A stretch of 64,000 nucleotides of DNA, from NCBI GenBank assembly GCA_002746895.1, contig PDRT01000047.1:760-64759 (forward strand). The letters are read 5' to 3'. Positions 54,104 through 63,459 of the stretch are shown one piece after another; positions within the stretch are counted from its first letter, which is position 1; each line of letters starts with the position of its first letter. This DNA comes from Thiothrix nivea. Lineage in GTDB: Bacteria > Pseudomonadota > Gammaproteobacteria > Thiotrichales > Thiotrichaceae. The notes beneath the pieces are model-generated. The model ran no database searches and had not been told where the DNA came from. It was given only the letters and a program-made list of their open reading frames with translations. The translations under genes were made by a program, and so were the position numbers.

Positions 54104-55057
54104 TCAGACAACCACCATATTCCTTGCCGCCACCCGCATAGTGGCACTGCGCGAACGGGTATTGCGTGCGACTTCATCCGCCGTTGCTTTTATCGCCTTG
54201 CCAATCAAATACATACGCGCCTGAATATCAGTATCAGGAACGGGCAATCCTTTGGGCAAACGGGGTGCACGGGAAACGTCACGCATAAAATGCTTAACCA
54301 CCCGATCCTCAAGAGAATGAAAACTAATCACAACCAAACGCCCATTTGGCAAAAGGAAGTCAACTGCACGTTGCAAACACTCTTCAACATCTTCCAGTTC
54401 CTGATTTATTTTGATGCGGATTGCCTGGAAACTGCGTGTCGCAGGATGTTTTCCCTGCCCACGCGGATTGGGGACAACTGCAGCAATCAGCTCCGCAAGC
54501 TCCAGTGTCGTTTCCAATGGCCTTTCCGCACATTTTTGCTTGATGGCACGGGCAATTCGTCTGGAGAAGCGCTCCTCACCGTATCGCCATAGCACATCTG
54601 CTATTTCTTTCTCGGTGCTGCGCTGCAACCACTGCGCCGCACTCTCACCGGTTTCGGGATCCATGCGCATATCCAGCCTGCCATCACGCATAAAACTGAA
54701 ACCGCGCTGTGCATCATCCAACTGAGGCGATGAAACACCCAGATCCAGCAACAGGCCATCAATGCCTCTGATTTCCCCGGCAGCCGCAACTGCCTCCGGA
54801 AAATCCTTAAATGATCCCTGCCACACGGTCACCCGATTATCCGAACCATACTTTTTTCGGGCATCAGCAATGGCTTCCGGATCCTTGTCGATCACAATCA
54901 ACCGCCCGTTTTCACCCAGCTGTGACAAAATCCGCCCGGAATGTCCACCCCGCCCGTAGGTGCCATCCACATAAACACCCGCCGGTTTTATTTCAAGCGC
55001 GGCAACAGCTTCAGCAAGGAGCACTGTTTCATGCTCATAGTTTGGTTCGGCATTCAT
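54104..55057 (-). CDS. rsmH: 16S rRNA m4C1402 methyltransferase
   Basis: DGTYGRGGHS, DLGVSSPQLD, HPATRSFQAIRI, SFHSLEDR. Confidence 0.98.
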   Translation of the reverse strand: MNAEPNYEHETVLLAEAVAALEIKPAGVYVDGTYGRGGHSGRILSQLGENGRLIVIDKDPEAIADARKKYGSDNRVTVWQGSFKDFPEAVAAAGEIRGIDGLLLDLGVSSPQLDDAQRGFSFMRDGRLDMRMDPETGESAAQWLQRSTEKEIADVLWRYGEERFSRRIARAIKQKCAERPLETTLELAELIAAVVPNPRGQGKHPATRSFQAIRIKINQELEDVEECLQRAVDFLLPNGRLVVISFHSLEDRVVKHFMRDVSRAPRLPKGLPVPDTDIQARMYLIGKAIKATADEVARNTRSRSATMRVAARNMVVV

Positions 55058-55512
55058 TACATGGAAATCTGGTCAAGAATGGCATTGGATTCATCATCCG
55101 CCTGCGCCTCCTCTAACCAGCTATCCCTTGCTGATGTCCAGGTTTCTGCATCCCATAATTCAAATTTTGTTGCCTGACCCACCAACACCGCCTTTTTGCC
55201 CAAACCGGCATATTCCCGAAGCGGTGCGGGTAATAAAACCCGCCCCTGCCCATCCAGATCAAGCTCGGCAGCATGCCCCAGAATCAAACGCTGCATATTA
55301 CGCACCCGGCGATTCATATTCGGCAGCTCCATCAGGGTGCGTTCGACCTTCTCCCACTGATCCATCGGGTAGACCAGCAAACACTTATCCATGTGATCAA
55401 CAGTGATTACTATTTGCCCATCATTATTTTCCAGAATGGCATCACGATACTTCGCCGGCATGGACAGCCGACCTTTCACATCAATTGAAATATTCGATAT
55501 GCCACGAAACAT
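55057..55512 (-). CDS. mraZ: Division/cell wall cluster repressor MraZ
   Basis: MFRG, DVKGR and DGQGR repeats. First gene of the dcw cluster. Confidence 0.97.
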   Translation of the reverse strand: MFRGISNISIDVKGRLSMPAKYRDAILENNDGQIVITVDHMDKCLLVYPMDQWEKVERTLMELPNMNRRVRNMQRLILGHAAELDLDGQGRVLLPAPLREYAGLGKKAVLVGQATKFELWDAETWTSARDSWLEEAQADDESNAILDQISM

Positions 55513-55544
55513 TTTTTAAATCAGGGCAAACTTACCTTTTCAAA

Positions 55545-55588
55545 CCACAAAAAGACAAAATAAACCACTTTCCACCACTTTTTCCCAC
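55545..55588 (-). promoter_or_regulatory. MraZ-binding direct repeats (dcw box)
   Basis: GTGG on the minus strand (ccac at 55565, 55575, 55585, also 55545) with 10-bp periodicity, upstream of mraZ. Confidence 0.75.
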
Positions 55589-55804
55589 TAATAAAGCGAT
55601 AATAGAAAGTCTTCCCCACACTGTCAAATAAAAGCAGGGAAAAACGCTTTAAACAGCAACAATTTACCGATAAAAAATCAGGGGATTTCTAACAAAAAAA
55701 TCTTATAAATAAAAGAAAAACAGAAAGTTAAAGCATTCTCCTAAAAAAATGCTTTAAGTCAGGACAGTATAAAGATAAACAAAACGGTGATAAAAACAGG
55801 AAAA

Positions 55805-56163
55805 GCAGCCGATCTGTAAGCCGGGTTCTGTCGTGGACAATCATTCATCTACAGCATGTGTCACCACATGCCTTTAGCAACCTACCCGAATGCAGTGCGG
55901 GTCACACCATCGCATTCCTATTTGGTCTTGCTCCGGACGGGGTTTACCCTGCCACAACCGTTACCGGCTGCGCGGTGCGCTCTTACCGCACCTTTTCACC
56001 CTTACCTGAAAATAATCAGGCGGTCTCTTTTCTGTGGCACTTTCCGTCAGCTTACACTGCCCAGGCGTTACCTGGCGTCCTACCCTGTGGAGCCCGGACT
56101 TTCCTCCCTCCTGTTGCCACAATGTCAATGTGCAAGCAGGACAGCGATTGCCCGATCGGCTGA
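55805..56163 (-). ncRNA. rnpB: RNase P RNA (type A)
   Basis: Minus strand has GAGGAAAGTCCGGGCTCC and 3' ACAGAACCCGGCTTA. The termini (cagccgatc / gatcggctg) pair as P1. Usual position upstream of mraZ. Confidence 0.97.
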
Positions 56164-56250
56164 ATCGGTTTATAGCAGAAAACGATCACAAAATCTCAAA
56201 ATAATCAGCCATCAGACAACCAACAATATCTGATACCAGATACGAGCGAA

Positions 56251-57180
56251 TTATTCACCCTTTTTAATAAAACCAAATAATGCAGAAATAAAATTTATAT
56301 ATGACTCATAATCATTATTTGTGGCCAGAATATTTGATCGTGCCAATAACACCGATAAATCACGATCCCAGTAAAACTTTAAGGGGGATTCAGCCATCCC
56401 CGGAAAGTTTACCGGTATACTGAGAGAATTGACTGAACCCATACCCTGCCCGCTCAACCTTTTCTTTAAGGCTCTCAGTTGCCAGACATCCCGTAACCGC
56501 CCGAACAAACTGAGATCGGCACGGGCGGATGGCAACAACAGATGGTAATAATCCCACTGTTCCGTCGTATAGGCAGCATCCGGGATGCGCAAACCGGGTG
56601 TAAACAATAAACCGAAATCATCAGAACGCTGCTTTTGTGCCAGCTGATCAACGTGATAAAAGCTGGCATCCGCCAGCCCCTGCATCAGGGCCTCGCGACT
56701 TTCCTCCTTATGTAGAAAAATGGTCAGATCCAGCTGCAGACCCAGCTGCTCCTGCACGGACAGCAAGTTCACCAGCTCCAGAAAACTCACCGCAGCGCGT
56801 ACAATCTCCGGGATTTGCCGCTCTGTGATCACATAGTGCAGACCTATAATAAAGCGGCGCTGCTGCGGATCACCCAGTTGCACATTAATAATGCGCAGAT
56901 TGTTTCCGCGTTCTGCCTGCTGCACATTACCGGCCACTTCCAGCTGTTGTATTATATACGCTGCGGTGGCATCAAAACGCGACTGCTTGTCTACCTGTGT
57001 TTCAGCGATTGATGCAATCGCCTGCACCCGATCATCCAGCAATGCAGGCCCCAGCCCCAACTGCGGTGCTTCTCCGCCAAAAGACAGTACTGGCTGAGTC
57101 AACAGACACCATAGCGCAATAGCCATCACTAATAACGCCAGCAAAATATCTGCCGCACGATTTAAAATCCATTCAGTCAT
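56251..57180 (-). CDS. Membrane-anchored protein resembling a degenerate M28 (YfbL-like) peptidase
   Basis: N-terminal TM, RRFIIGLHYV (cf. IVVGAHYD), KEE, PGMAESPLKFYW (cf. SDHxxFW). Start ATG 57180 or TTG 57222. Confidence 0.55.
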   Translation of the reverse strand: MTEWILNRAADILLALLVMAIALWCLLTQPVLSFGGEAPQLGLGPALLDDRVQAIASIAETQVDKQSRFDATAAYIIQQLEVAGNVQQAERGNNLRIINVQLGDPQQRRFIIGLHYVITERQIPEIVRAAVSFLELVNLLSVQEQLGLQLDLTIFLHKEESREALMQGLADASFYHVDQLAQKQRSDDFGLLFTPGLRIPDAAYTTEQWDYYHLLLPSARADLSLFGRLRDVWQLRALKKRLSGQGMGSVNSLSIPVNFPGMAESPLKFYWDRDLSVLLARSNILATNNDYESYINFISALFGFIKKGE

Positions 57181-57447
57181 TTTACTTCTATCCACCACTG
57201 CCAGAACATTGCGGCCTGACAACTTATCAAAAACACTCCGGGGGACACTCTACCTGACACAGGATAACACTGCACCCGGTCAGGGATAATCTGCCTGCAA
57301 CACGATCTCAGTCAGCTGACACAAGGTGATCCGCGCATATACTGTTTGAACCAGCTCTTGCTTCGACCATGATAATAGACAAATCAGCGGATTATTACAT
57401 TCCAAAACATCGGTTTATAACGCTCATATTCCCCGGAAATGTCTGAC

Positions 57448-58065
57448 TTAATGTGCAAACACCTGATCCAGCTGCGGAGCCAGCTGCAAAATAAACCGAC
57501 GATGCAGCAATATCCAGATTAGCAACGGTGCAATCATCGGCAGCACCAATGTCCCCATCTGGTAACCCAGCGCAATCATATCCGCCCCCACTGGCGTAAT
57601 CGCCTGCTGCAACTGAAAGGCCACTCCGACATCAAAGGTCAGCACTTTCAGCACACTGAACACCATACTGAACAGTTCCGTGGGCAAAATCAGCAACATG
57701 CCCCAAACCAGATTCAGCCACTTGTCTCCGCCCGGTGTCGCCAGCGTTAAAGCCATTAATAACGGCAGACTATAGCCATAAATCAGTGGATTAAGATGAA
57801 AACCGAGTAAATCATCGTTTTGTGGCGGAGAAACAATATGACCACCCGCATCCGGGCCGAAATTGGAAGCCACTACCAGTGTAAAATCATCCAGCCGCAA
57901 CCACATCAGCGCATCCGGCACCACAAAATGAAGAATCTTTTCGGTCAACACTACCACCGGTGCCAGATGAAAACGGGCGGTCAGATACCAAACAAAGAAT
58001 GTCAATGGAAAAAAAATTAACACACCCAGCATAAAATGATGCAAAGGACGGGCAGTCAAACTCAT
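57448..58065 (-). CDS. Exosortase H-associated membrane protein
   Basis: Multi-TM, NPLIYGYSLPL, YQMGTLVLP. Overlaps the exosortase stop codon. Confidence 0.75.
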   Translation of the reverse strand: MSLTARPLHHFMLGVLIFFPLTFFVWYLTARFHLAPVVVLTEKILHFVVPDALMWLRLDDFTLVVASNFGPDAGGHIVSPPQNDDLLGFHLNPLIYGYSLPLLMALTLATPGGDKWLNLVWGMLLILPTELFSMVFSVLKVLTFDVGVAFQLQQAITPVGADMIALGYQMGTLVLPMIAPLLIWILLHRRFILQLAPQLDQVFAH

Positions 58066-58592
58066 ACGGTAGCTCCTGCCGCTATCCTTTCCGATGGTGA
58101 ACCGGCATCATGATCATTTGCCGGCAAGTAACGAATCCAGATCAGAAACACCACCAGCGCATCCAGCATAATCAGTGCCTGCCAGATATACAGATGCGCC
58201 CAGTCGAACAATTCCTTACTCCACTGTCCGAGATAAAACAGGCTGATAATGCGCAACAGATTCATGCCCTGAATAGCCATAAACCCCCAGAACAAACCTT
58301 TCAGTTTATAAAACCAGGGAGCCGGAAACGCCAGAATAGCGGCCAGCAGCACAATCATTGCCTCGACACCGTTACAACCCGGCTCAATGGACACCGCAAA
58401 ATGATTAGCCTGACTGCGGATAACTTTGCCATAAGTCTGAACGTTTTCATCAAAGAACGAGATCAACCAGCCGCTAAAATCAGCCAGCATCGCCGTCCAC
58501 GGCAAAATAACGGCCTGCTGTACCGGCTGTAATATTTCGACACCAAACAGAACGGCCTGAGCAACAAGGAACAACAACAGAAAACGTACCAT
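58062..58592 (-). CDS. xrtH: Exosortase H (IPTL-CTERM-type)
   Basis: Short exosortase with VSIEPGCNGVEA (Cys), NLLRIISL (Arg) and WAHLYIWQALI (His). Confidence 0.85.
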   Translation of the reverse strand: MVRFLLLFLVAQAVLFGVEILQPVQQAVILPWTAMLADFSGWLISFFDENVQTYGKVIRSQANHFAVSIEPGCNGVEAMIVLLAAILAFPAPWFYKLKGLFWGFMAIQGMNLLRIISLFYLGQWSKELFDWAHLYIWQALIMLDALVVFLIWIRYLPANDHDAGSPSERIAAGATV

Positions 58593-58689
58593 GGTCTTTT
58601 TATTATGATTAGTTATTAAACGAAAGATCGAAGCCAGCAGACCATTTATTTTTTACCCTCGATATCGCTTTTCTGCCCCGTAGATTCAC

Positions 58690-59613
58690 TTAACCCACAC
58701 TAACTGTGTCTGTTAATAGGGTATCATCCAGCATTGCCAGCACTTCACGGGCGGAATTCAGCCTGCTTTCAGGTGACTTTAACAACAGCTTGCTTAACAA
58801 AGGCTGATAGACTGCAAACTTTTCAGGCAATTGTGGCAACGGATTGAACAGGTGCCCATAAAGGATTTCGCCCAGATCCCGCCCCTGCACTGGCTTTTCA
58901 CCCATGAGAATTTCGTAAAATAAAATACCCAGCGCATACAGATCAGACTGCACCGTCGCCGGTTCACCGATAATCCGCTCCGGACTGATGTAAAAAGGTG
59001 TACCGTAAATTTCATTCTCACGCAGAAAGCCGCTTTCCACCAACAAATGCGTTTCAATGCCCAGATCCAGCAGGGCCGGAGAATCATCTTCACGCATCAG
59101 AATATTTGAAGATTTCAGATCCCGGTGCAATAAATCGGCTTCATGAAGAATCACCAGCGCCTGAACAATTTTACGGAACCAGGAAACCCGCTGTTGCACC
59201 TTGTCGTTGTCCAGCCTATTGAACAGCCGCTCTTTCAGTGTCATCCCCGGCAAATACTCCATCACCAGGTACACTTTACCTTCCGCCGTGATACCGGCAC
59301 CCAGCAACTGAACCAGCACCCTGGCATCATGTTGTGCCATGAGCTTGCTGGCATCTGCACAAAAATGGTTCAGCGCATATTCAGAGATTGTTGCAGCATC
59401 CAGTTTAAAAATTTTTATTGCCGCCTGCCGCCCCTGATGATTTTCCGCCAGGAAAATGACGGCATTCTCACTGCTGTGCAATATTTCTTTTTTATTCCAG
59501 CCACACAAGGCAATGCCTATATTCTCTTGCCGGGAGGCATGGCATTGGGTAACAAAAAAGGCAGAACGCATCCTGTCACACAGACACACCTCTGCTGAGA
59601 ACTGATTGCCCAA
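58690..59613 (-). CDS. Hanks-type Ser/Thr protein kinase (stand-alone domain)
   Basis: AAIK, LVMEY, HRDLKSSN, DLG, GTPFYISPE, SDLYALG. Start uncertain. Confidence 0.85.
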   Translation of the reverse strand: MGNQFSAEVCLCDRMRSAFFVTQCHASRQENIGIALCGWNKKEILHSSENAVIFLAENHQGRQAAIKIFKLDAATISEYALNHFCADASKLMAQHDARVLVQLLGAGITAEGKVYLVMEYLPGMTLKERLFNRLDNDKVQQRVSWFRKIVQALVILHEADLLHRDLKSSNILMREDDSPALLDLGIETHLLVESGFLRENEIYGTPFYISPERIIGEPATVQSDLYALGILFYEILMGEKPVQGRDLGEILYGHLFNPLPQLPEKFAVYQPLLSKLLLKSPESRLNSAREVLAMLDDTLLTDTVSVG

Positions 59614-59777
59614 ACGATACCTCTCTTATTATGGCTGACGCCTATCCTGAAACCAACAATCACCAGTCTAGCCCAGAATTGCTGGGCTTACTGAAATAAA
59701 GCCGATTAACAGCAAGCCCGTAGCGGTATCAAAACGGACGCGGAGGTAGTCGGCACGGCAATCAGGCCGGATATTTG

Positions 59778-60065
59778 TTACCCAACAGCTTGCGTGTACT
59801 CCACAAAATGCTCTGTGTAATCATCCAGGTGCTCAATCAGCATATTGCGGTACTCTTCGGTGAAATACCTGATGATTTCATCCCGCTCCCCCTTAAACGC
59901 TTCCAGAGAGTCAAAATCAATCGCGCTGATATAAGCATTATAACGTGCCACGGCAAACATCGCTGAAGCACTGACATCACCCGGCGTAACATCGCCCTGT
60001 ACCTGTTCATTAGCCAGATGAATAAACGCATCAACGCGTTTATAAAACGTTGTATCTTCAGCCAT
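59778..60065 (-). CDS. DUF3144-like small protein
   Basis: FYKRVDAFIHLANEQ, VSASAMFAVARYNA, YRNMLIEHLDDY. ATG at 60065. Confidence 0.75.
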   Translation of the reverse strand: MAEDTTFYKRVDAFIHLANEQVQGDVTPGDVSASAMFAVARYNAYISAIDFDSLEAFKGERDEIIRYFTEEYRNMLIEHLDDYTEHFVEYTQAVG

Positions 60066-60135
60066 CTTCGTTCCCTTTGCTGGTAAAAAACGCTTATCAG
60101 CCAGCTCCTGTGCCAGCTTGAGAATGCGCCGTACT

Positions 60136-61002
60136 CTACACCATTCGATAACTGCTTTCACTCCGGGCAATAAACGCCGATACCTCGCGGCCATCGTCCA
60201 GTGTTTCAATCTCATCCAGCAAGATGCTGTACTCACTGAAAATCTCCGCCAGTTCACCCGGTTGTAACAGAAAGGCCGGATTACGCGGGCGACCGATCTT
60301 GCTGCGCTCACAACCCCGCATAAACGTCTGATACAGAATCACCCCGCCGGGTTTTAACAACCGCTTCAGGCAAGGAAACAATGGCCGGTGCAGATAACGT
60401 GCCACGGTAATCAGCGCAAAGCTGTTATTCCCGAATATATTCAGTGGATCACCACCGCTTTCCAGATCGCGGCGAAGCGTCTCAACCGCTACCCCGCCAT
60501 GCCCAGCCAGCACCTTCACCCGTTGTAGCGCATCCTCCGAACGATCCACGCCGGTCATCTGCCAGCCCTGCTGTGCCAGATACACCATATCGCGCCCGGC
60601 GCCACAGGCCACATCCAGCCCTCTGCCCGGCTGAATATCATGCGTCGGCATCACTTCTGTGACAAAACGCTGCCATAACGGTGCAGGCTGCCAGAGTTGT
60701 GCGGACTGACTGCCGATTTCCAGCTCACCGGATGCAGCCAGTTGTTGCTTCAACGGTTCTGTCCAGAGAATCTGCTGCTCCACAATATGCCCCCGGTCGG
60801 TTAAATAGACCACTGCTTCCGCCAGATCCTGCGCTGTTCCACACAGTGTCAATGGCCGACTGCGCCTGGGCAGCTCATGCATCCGTGCAAACAGCTCAGC
60901 AGCCGGGAGTGAGCAGGCTCCACGAATGTGACCCTGTTGATAGACAGCCTGTGGACGGCAGTCGATAAGTGCGTTGCTTAAATCTGTTTGTTTCTCATTC
61001 AT
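60136..61002 (-). CDS. Rhodanese-like domain fused to class I SAM methyltransferase (TehB-like)
   Basis: LIDCR...GHIRGA N-terminal domain, LDVACGAGR, RYLHR, LKPGG. Start uncertain. Confidence 0.8.
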   Translation of the reverse strand: MNEKQTDLSNALIDCRPQAVYQQGHIRGACSLPAAELFARMHELPRRSRPLTLCGTAQDLAEAVVYLTDRGHIVEQQILWTEPLKQQLAASGELEIGSQSAQLWQPAPLWQRFVTEVMPTHDIQPGRGLDVACGAGRDMVYLAQQGWQMTGVDRSEDALQRVKVLAGHGGVAVETLRRDLESGGDPLNIFGNNSFALITVARYLHRPLFPCLKRLLKPGGVILYQTFMRGCERSKIGRPRNPAFLLQPGELAEIFSEYSILLDEIETLDDGREVSAFIARSESSYRMV

Positions 61003-61177
61003 GACGTTAGTGTAAGACGGGTACATGATCACGGCAATATTCATACCGGTCAACGTAAAGTGTCAGGCTAACGACCAATTGCCTGGTTTCATGATAAAAT
61101 CCACAACCGTACTTAACGGAGACCTGTCACCCATTCATTAATAAGTTTCTAATACTGGTTTATTTGGAGAATCCCCG

Positions 61178-61693
61178 ATGAAATACTTATTCGCAACCTT
61201 ACTCGTCACCACCAGCCTGTTTAGCACCCATATACATGCTGAAGCATATAAACACGGCGATCTTGTAATCGACAGCCCCTACACCCGTACAACCCCACCC
61301 TCTGCGCCGGTGGCGGGTGGTTTTATGAAAATCACCAATAATGGTAAAGAAGCCGACACCCTGACCGGTGGCGAGGTTGATTTTTCCGAGGTGGTGGAAA
61401 TCCACGAAATGCCAATGATTGACGGTGTAATGAAAATGCGCCAGCTGGAAGGTGGCCTGGAAATTCCGCCCGGTGAGACGGTTGAACTCAAACCCGGTAG
61501 TTATCATGTCATGTTCATTAAACTGAAAGAGCAAATGATAGAGGGCGACAAACACAAGGCGACCCTGACCTTTGAAAAAGCCGGTGATGTCGAAGTCGAG
61601 TTTGTCGTCAAGGACATCAATAAAGGCATGGGAGACGGAATGAAGCATGACAAGAAGGAACACAGCAACATGAAGCACGATAGCATGATGTGA
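61178..61693 (+). CDS. Periplasmic copper chaperone PCu(A)C
   Basis: Signal peptide, H-x10-M...HxM pattern (HEMPMIDGVMKM...PGSYHVM), Met/His-rich tail. Confidence 0.92.
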   Translation: MKYLFATLLVTTSLFSTHIHAEAYKHGDLVIDSPYTRTTPPSAPVAGGFMKITNNGKEADTLTGGEVDFSEVVEIHEMPMIDGVMKMRQLEGGLEIPPGETVELKPGSYHVMFIKLKEQMIEGDKHKATLTFEKAGDVEVEFVVKDINKGMGDGMKHDKKEHSNMKHDSMM

Positions 61694-61794
61694 AAAAACA
61701 GAATTTAAATGCAAATCAGATTGCAGAAAAACAGGGCAACAGTTAAATACCTGGATACGTAAACCAACAAACCTTTGTGTGAGCGAGATATATA

Positions 61795-63285
61795 ATGGAA
61801 ACCATCGGACACTTAATTAACGGCAAGGCACGCAACGATACAGCCCGCACTCAGGATGTCTTCAATCCGTCAACCGGCGAAGTACAAAAACAGGTCGCTC
61901 TGGCATCCAAAAGCACGGTTGAAAAGGCCATTGCCGCAGCAGAAGCGGCTTTCCCGGCCTGGCGTGATACACCGCCGGCCAAACGGGTGCAGATTATGTT
62001 CCGCTTCAAACAGCTGCTGGCAGAACATGCAGAAACCATCAACCAGCTGGTCGGTCTGGAACACGGCAAGATTGCCCATGATGCGGGAGGGGAATTGCAG
62101 CGCGGTATTGAGAATGTGGAATACGCCTGTTATATACCCGAACTGCTGAAAGGGGAACACAGTAAAAACGTCGGCCCCGGTATTGATTCCTGGAGTGAGT
62201 ACCAGCCGCTGGGGGTGGTAGCCGGGATTACCCCGTTCAATTTTCCGGTAATGGTGCCGCTGTGGATGTACCCGTCAGCGATTGCCTGCGGTAATACCTT
62301 TGTGCTGAAGCCTTCGGAGCGCGATTCCAGTTCAACCATGCTGGTGGCAAAACTGGCTCATGAGGCCGGTTTGCCGCCAGGCGTACTGAACGTGGTGAAT
62401 GGTGATAAGGAGGCGGTAGATACCCTGCTGCATGACGAACGGGTACAGGCGGTGAGTTTTGTGGGTTCCACTCCGATTGCTGAATACATCTACTCGACGG
62501 CCACAGCCAACGGCAAACGCTGTCAGGCACTGGGTGGCGCGAAAAACCATGCTATTGTGATGCCGGATGCGGATATAGATAATGCGGTGAACCAGCTGCT
62601 GGGTGCTGCCTTCGGCTCTTCCGGTGAACGTTGCATGGCACTGTCGGTTGCCGTTGCGGTGGGCGATGAGGTTGCCGATACGCTGGTGAGCAAGTTACAG
62701 GAGGCCATGAAGCCACTGAAAACCGGCCCCTGGCACGACAGCAGCAATGACTTTGGCCCGGTGATTACCCAACAACATCAGGAAACGGTCAGGGGGCACA
62801 TCACCAGTGCGGAAAAGGATGGCGCCACAGTGGTAGTCGATGGGCGTAATATTGTGGTAAACGGCCATGAAAACGGCTTCTACATTGGCGCAACATTGAT
62901 CGACCACGTAACCGCTGATATGGATTCCTACCAGCACGAAATCTTTGGCCCGGTGTTACAGGTGATGCGTGTTGCAACCATGCAGGAGGCGATGGCTCTG
63001 ATTGATGCTCACGAATACGGTAATGGCACCTGTATTTTCACCCGTGATGGTGAAGCAGCCCGTTATTTCACGGACAATATTCAGGTGGGCATGGTCGGAG
63101 TGAACGTACCGCTGCCAGTACCCGTGGCTTATCACAGCTTTGGCGGCTGGAAGCGTTCACTATTTGGTGATCTGGCTGCGTATGGCCCGGATTCTGTACG
63201 TTTCTATACCCGTCGCAAGACGATTACACAACGCTGGCCGTCGGCAGGTGTGCGTGAAGGGGTTTCTTTTGCGTTTCCGAGTTGA
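61795..63285 (+). CDS. mmsA: CoA-acylating methylmalonate-semialdehyde dehydrogenase
   Basis: ITPFNFP, SFVGSTP, GAKNH, GERCMA, EIFGPV, GVNVPLPVP. Confidence 0.95.
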   Translation: METIGHLINGKARNDTARTQDVFNPSTGEVQKQVALASKSTVEKAIAAAEAAFPAWRDTPPAKRVQIMFRFKQLLAEHAETINQLVGLEHGKIAHDAGGELQRGIENVEYACYIPELLKGEHSKNVGPGIDSWSEYQPLGVVAGITPFNFPVMVPLWMYPSAIACGNTFVLKPSERDSSSTMLVAKLAHEAGLPPGVLNVVNGDKEAVDTLLHDERVQAVSFVGSTPIAEYIYSTATANGKRCQALGGAKNHAIVMPDADIDNAVNQLLGAAFGSSGERCMALSVAVAVGDEVADTLVSKLQEAMKPLKTGPWHDSSNDFGPVITQQHQETVRGHITSAEKDGATVVVDGRNIVVNGHENGFYIGATLIDHVTADMDSYQHEIFGPVLQVMRVATMQEAMALIDAHEYGNGTCIFTRDGEAARYFTDNIQVGMVGVNVPLPVPVAYHSFGGWKRSLFGDLAAYGPDSVRFYTRRKTITQRWPSAGVREGVSFAFPS

Positions 63286-63459
63286 TTTCGGGTACGAAAA
63301 ATGGTCATGTATCAGATCTGTTAAACTGTAAAAAAACCGTGATCAGACAGGAGTCTTTTGCCATTCTTGTTAATACCTTTGTGAAATTATAGACTTGGCC
63401 TGTCGTTTTCTTAGACAGTGCTTCAGACGCAACCCAGACCCTTTCAGGAGAATACTTTT

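Noticed and set aside
55856-56233. ORFs in the mraZ upstream region
   Set aside because: They are antisense to the RNase P RNA gene.
61199-61714. 171-aa minus-strand ORF
   Set aside because: Antisense shadow of the PCu(A)C gene.
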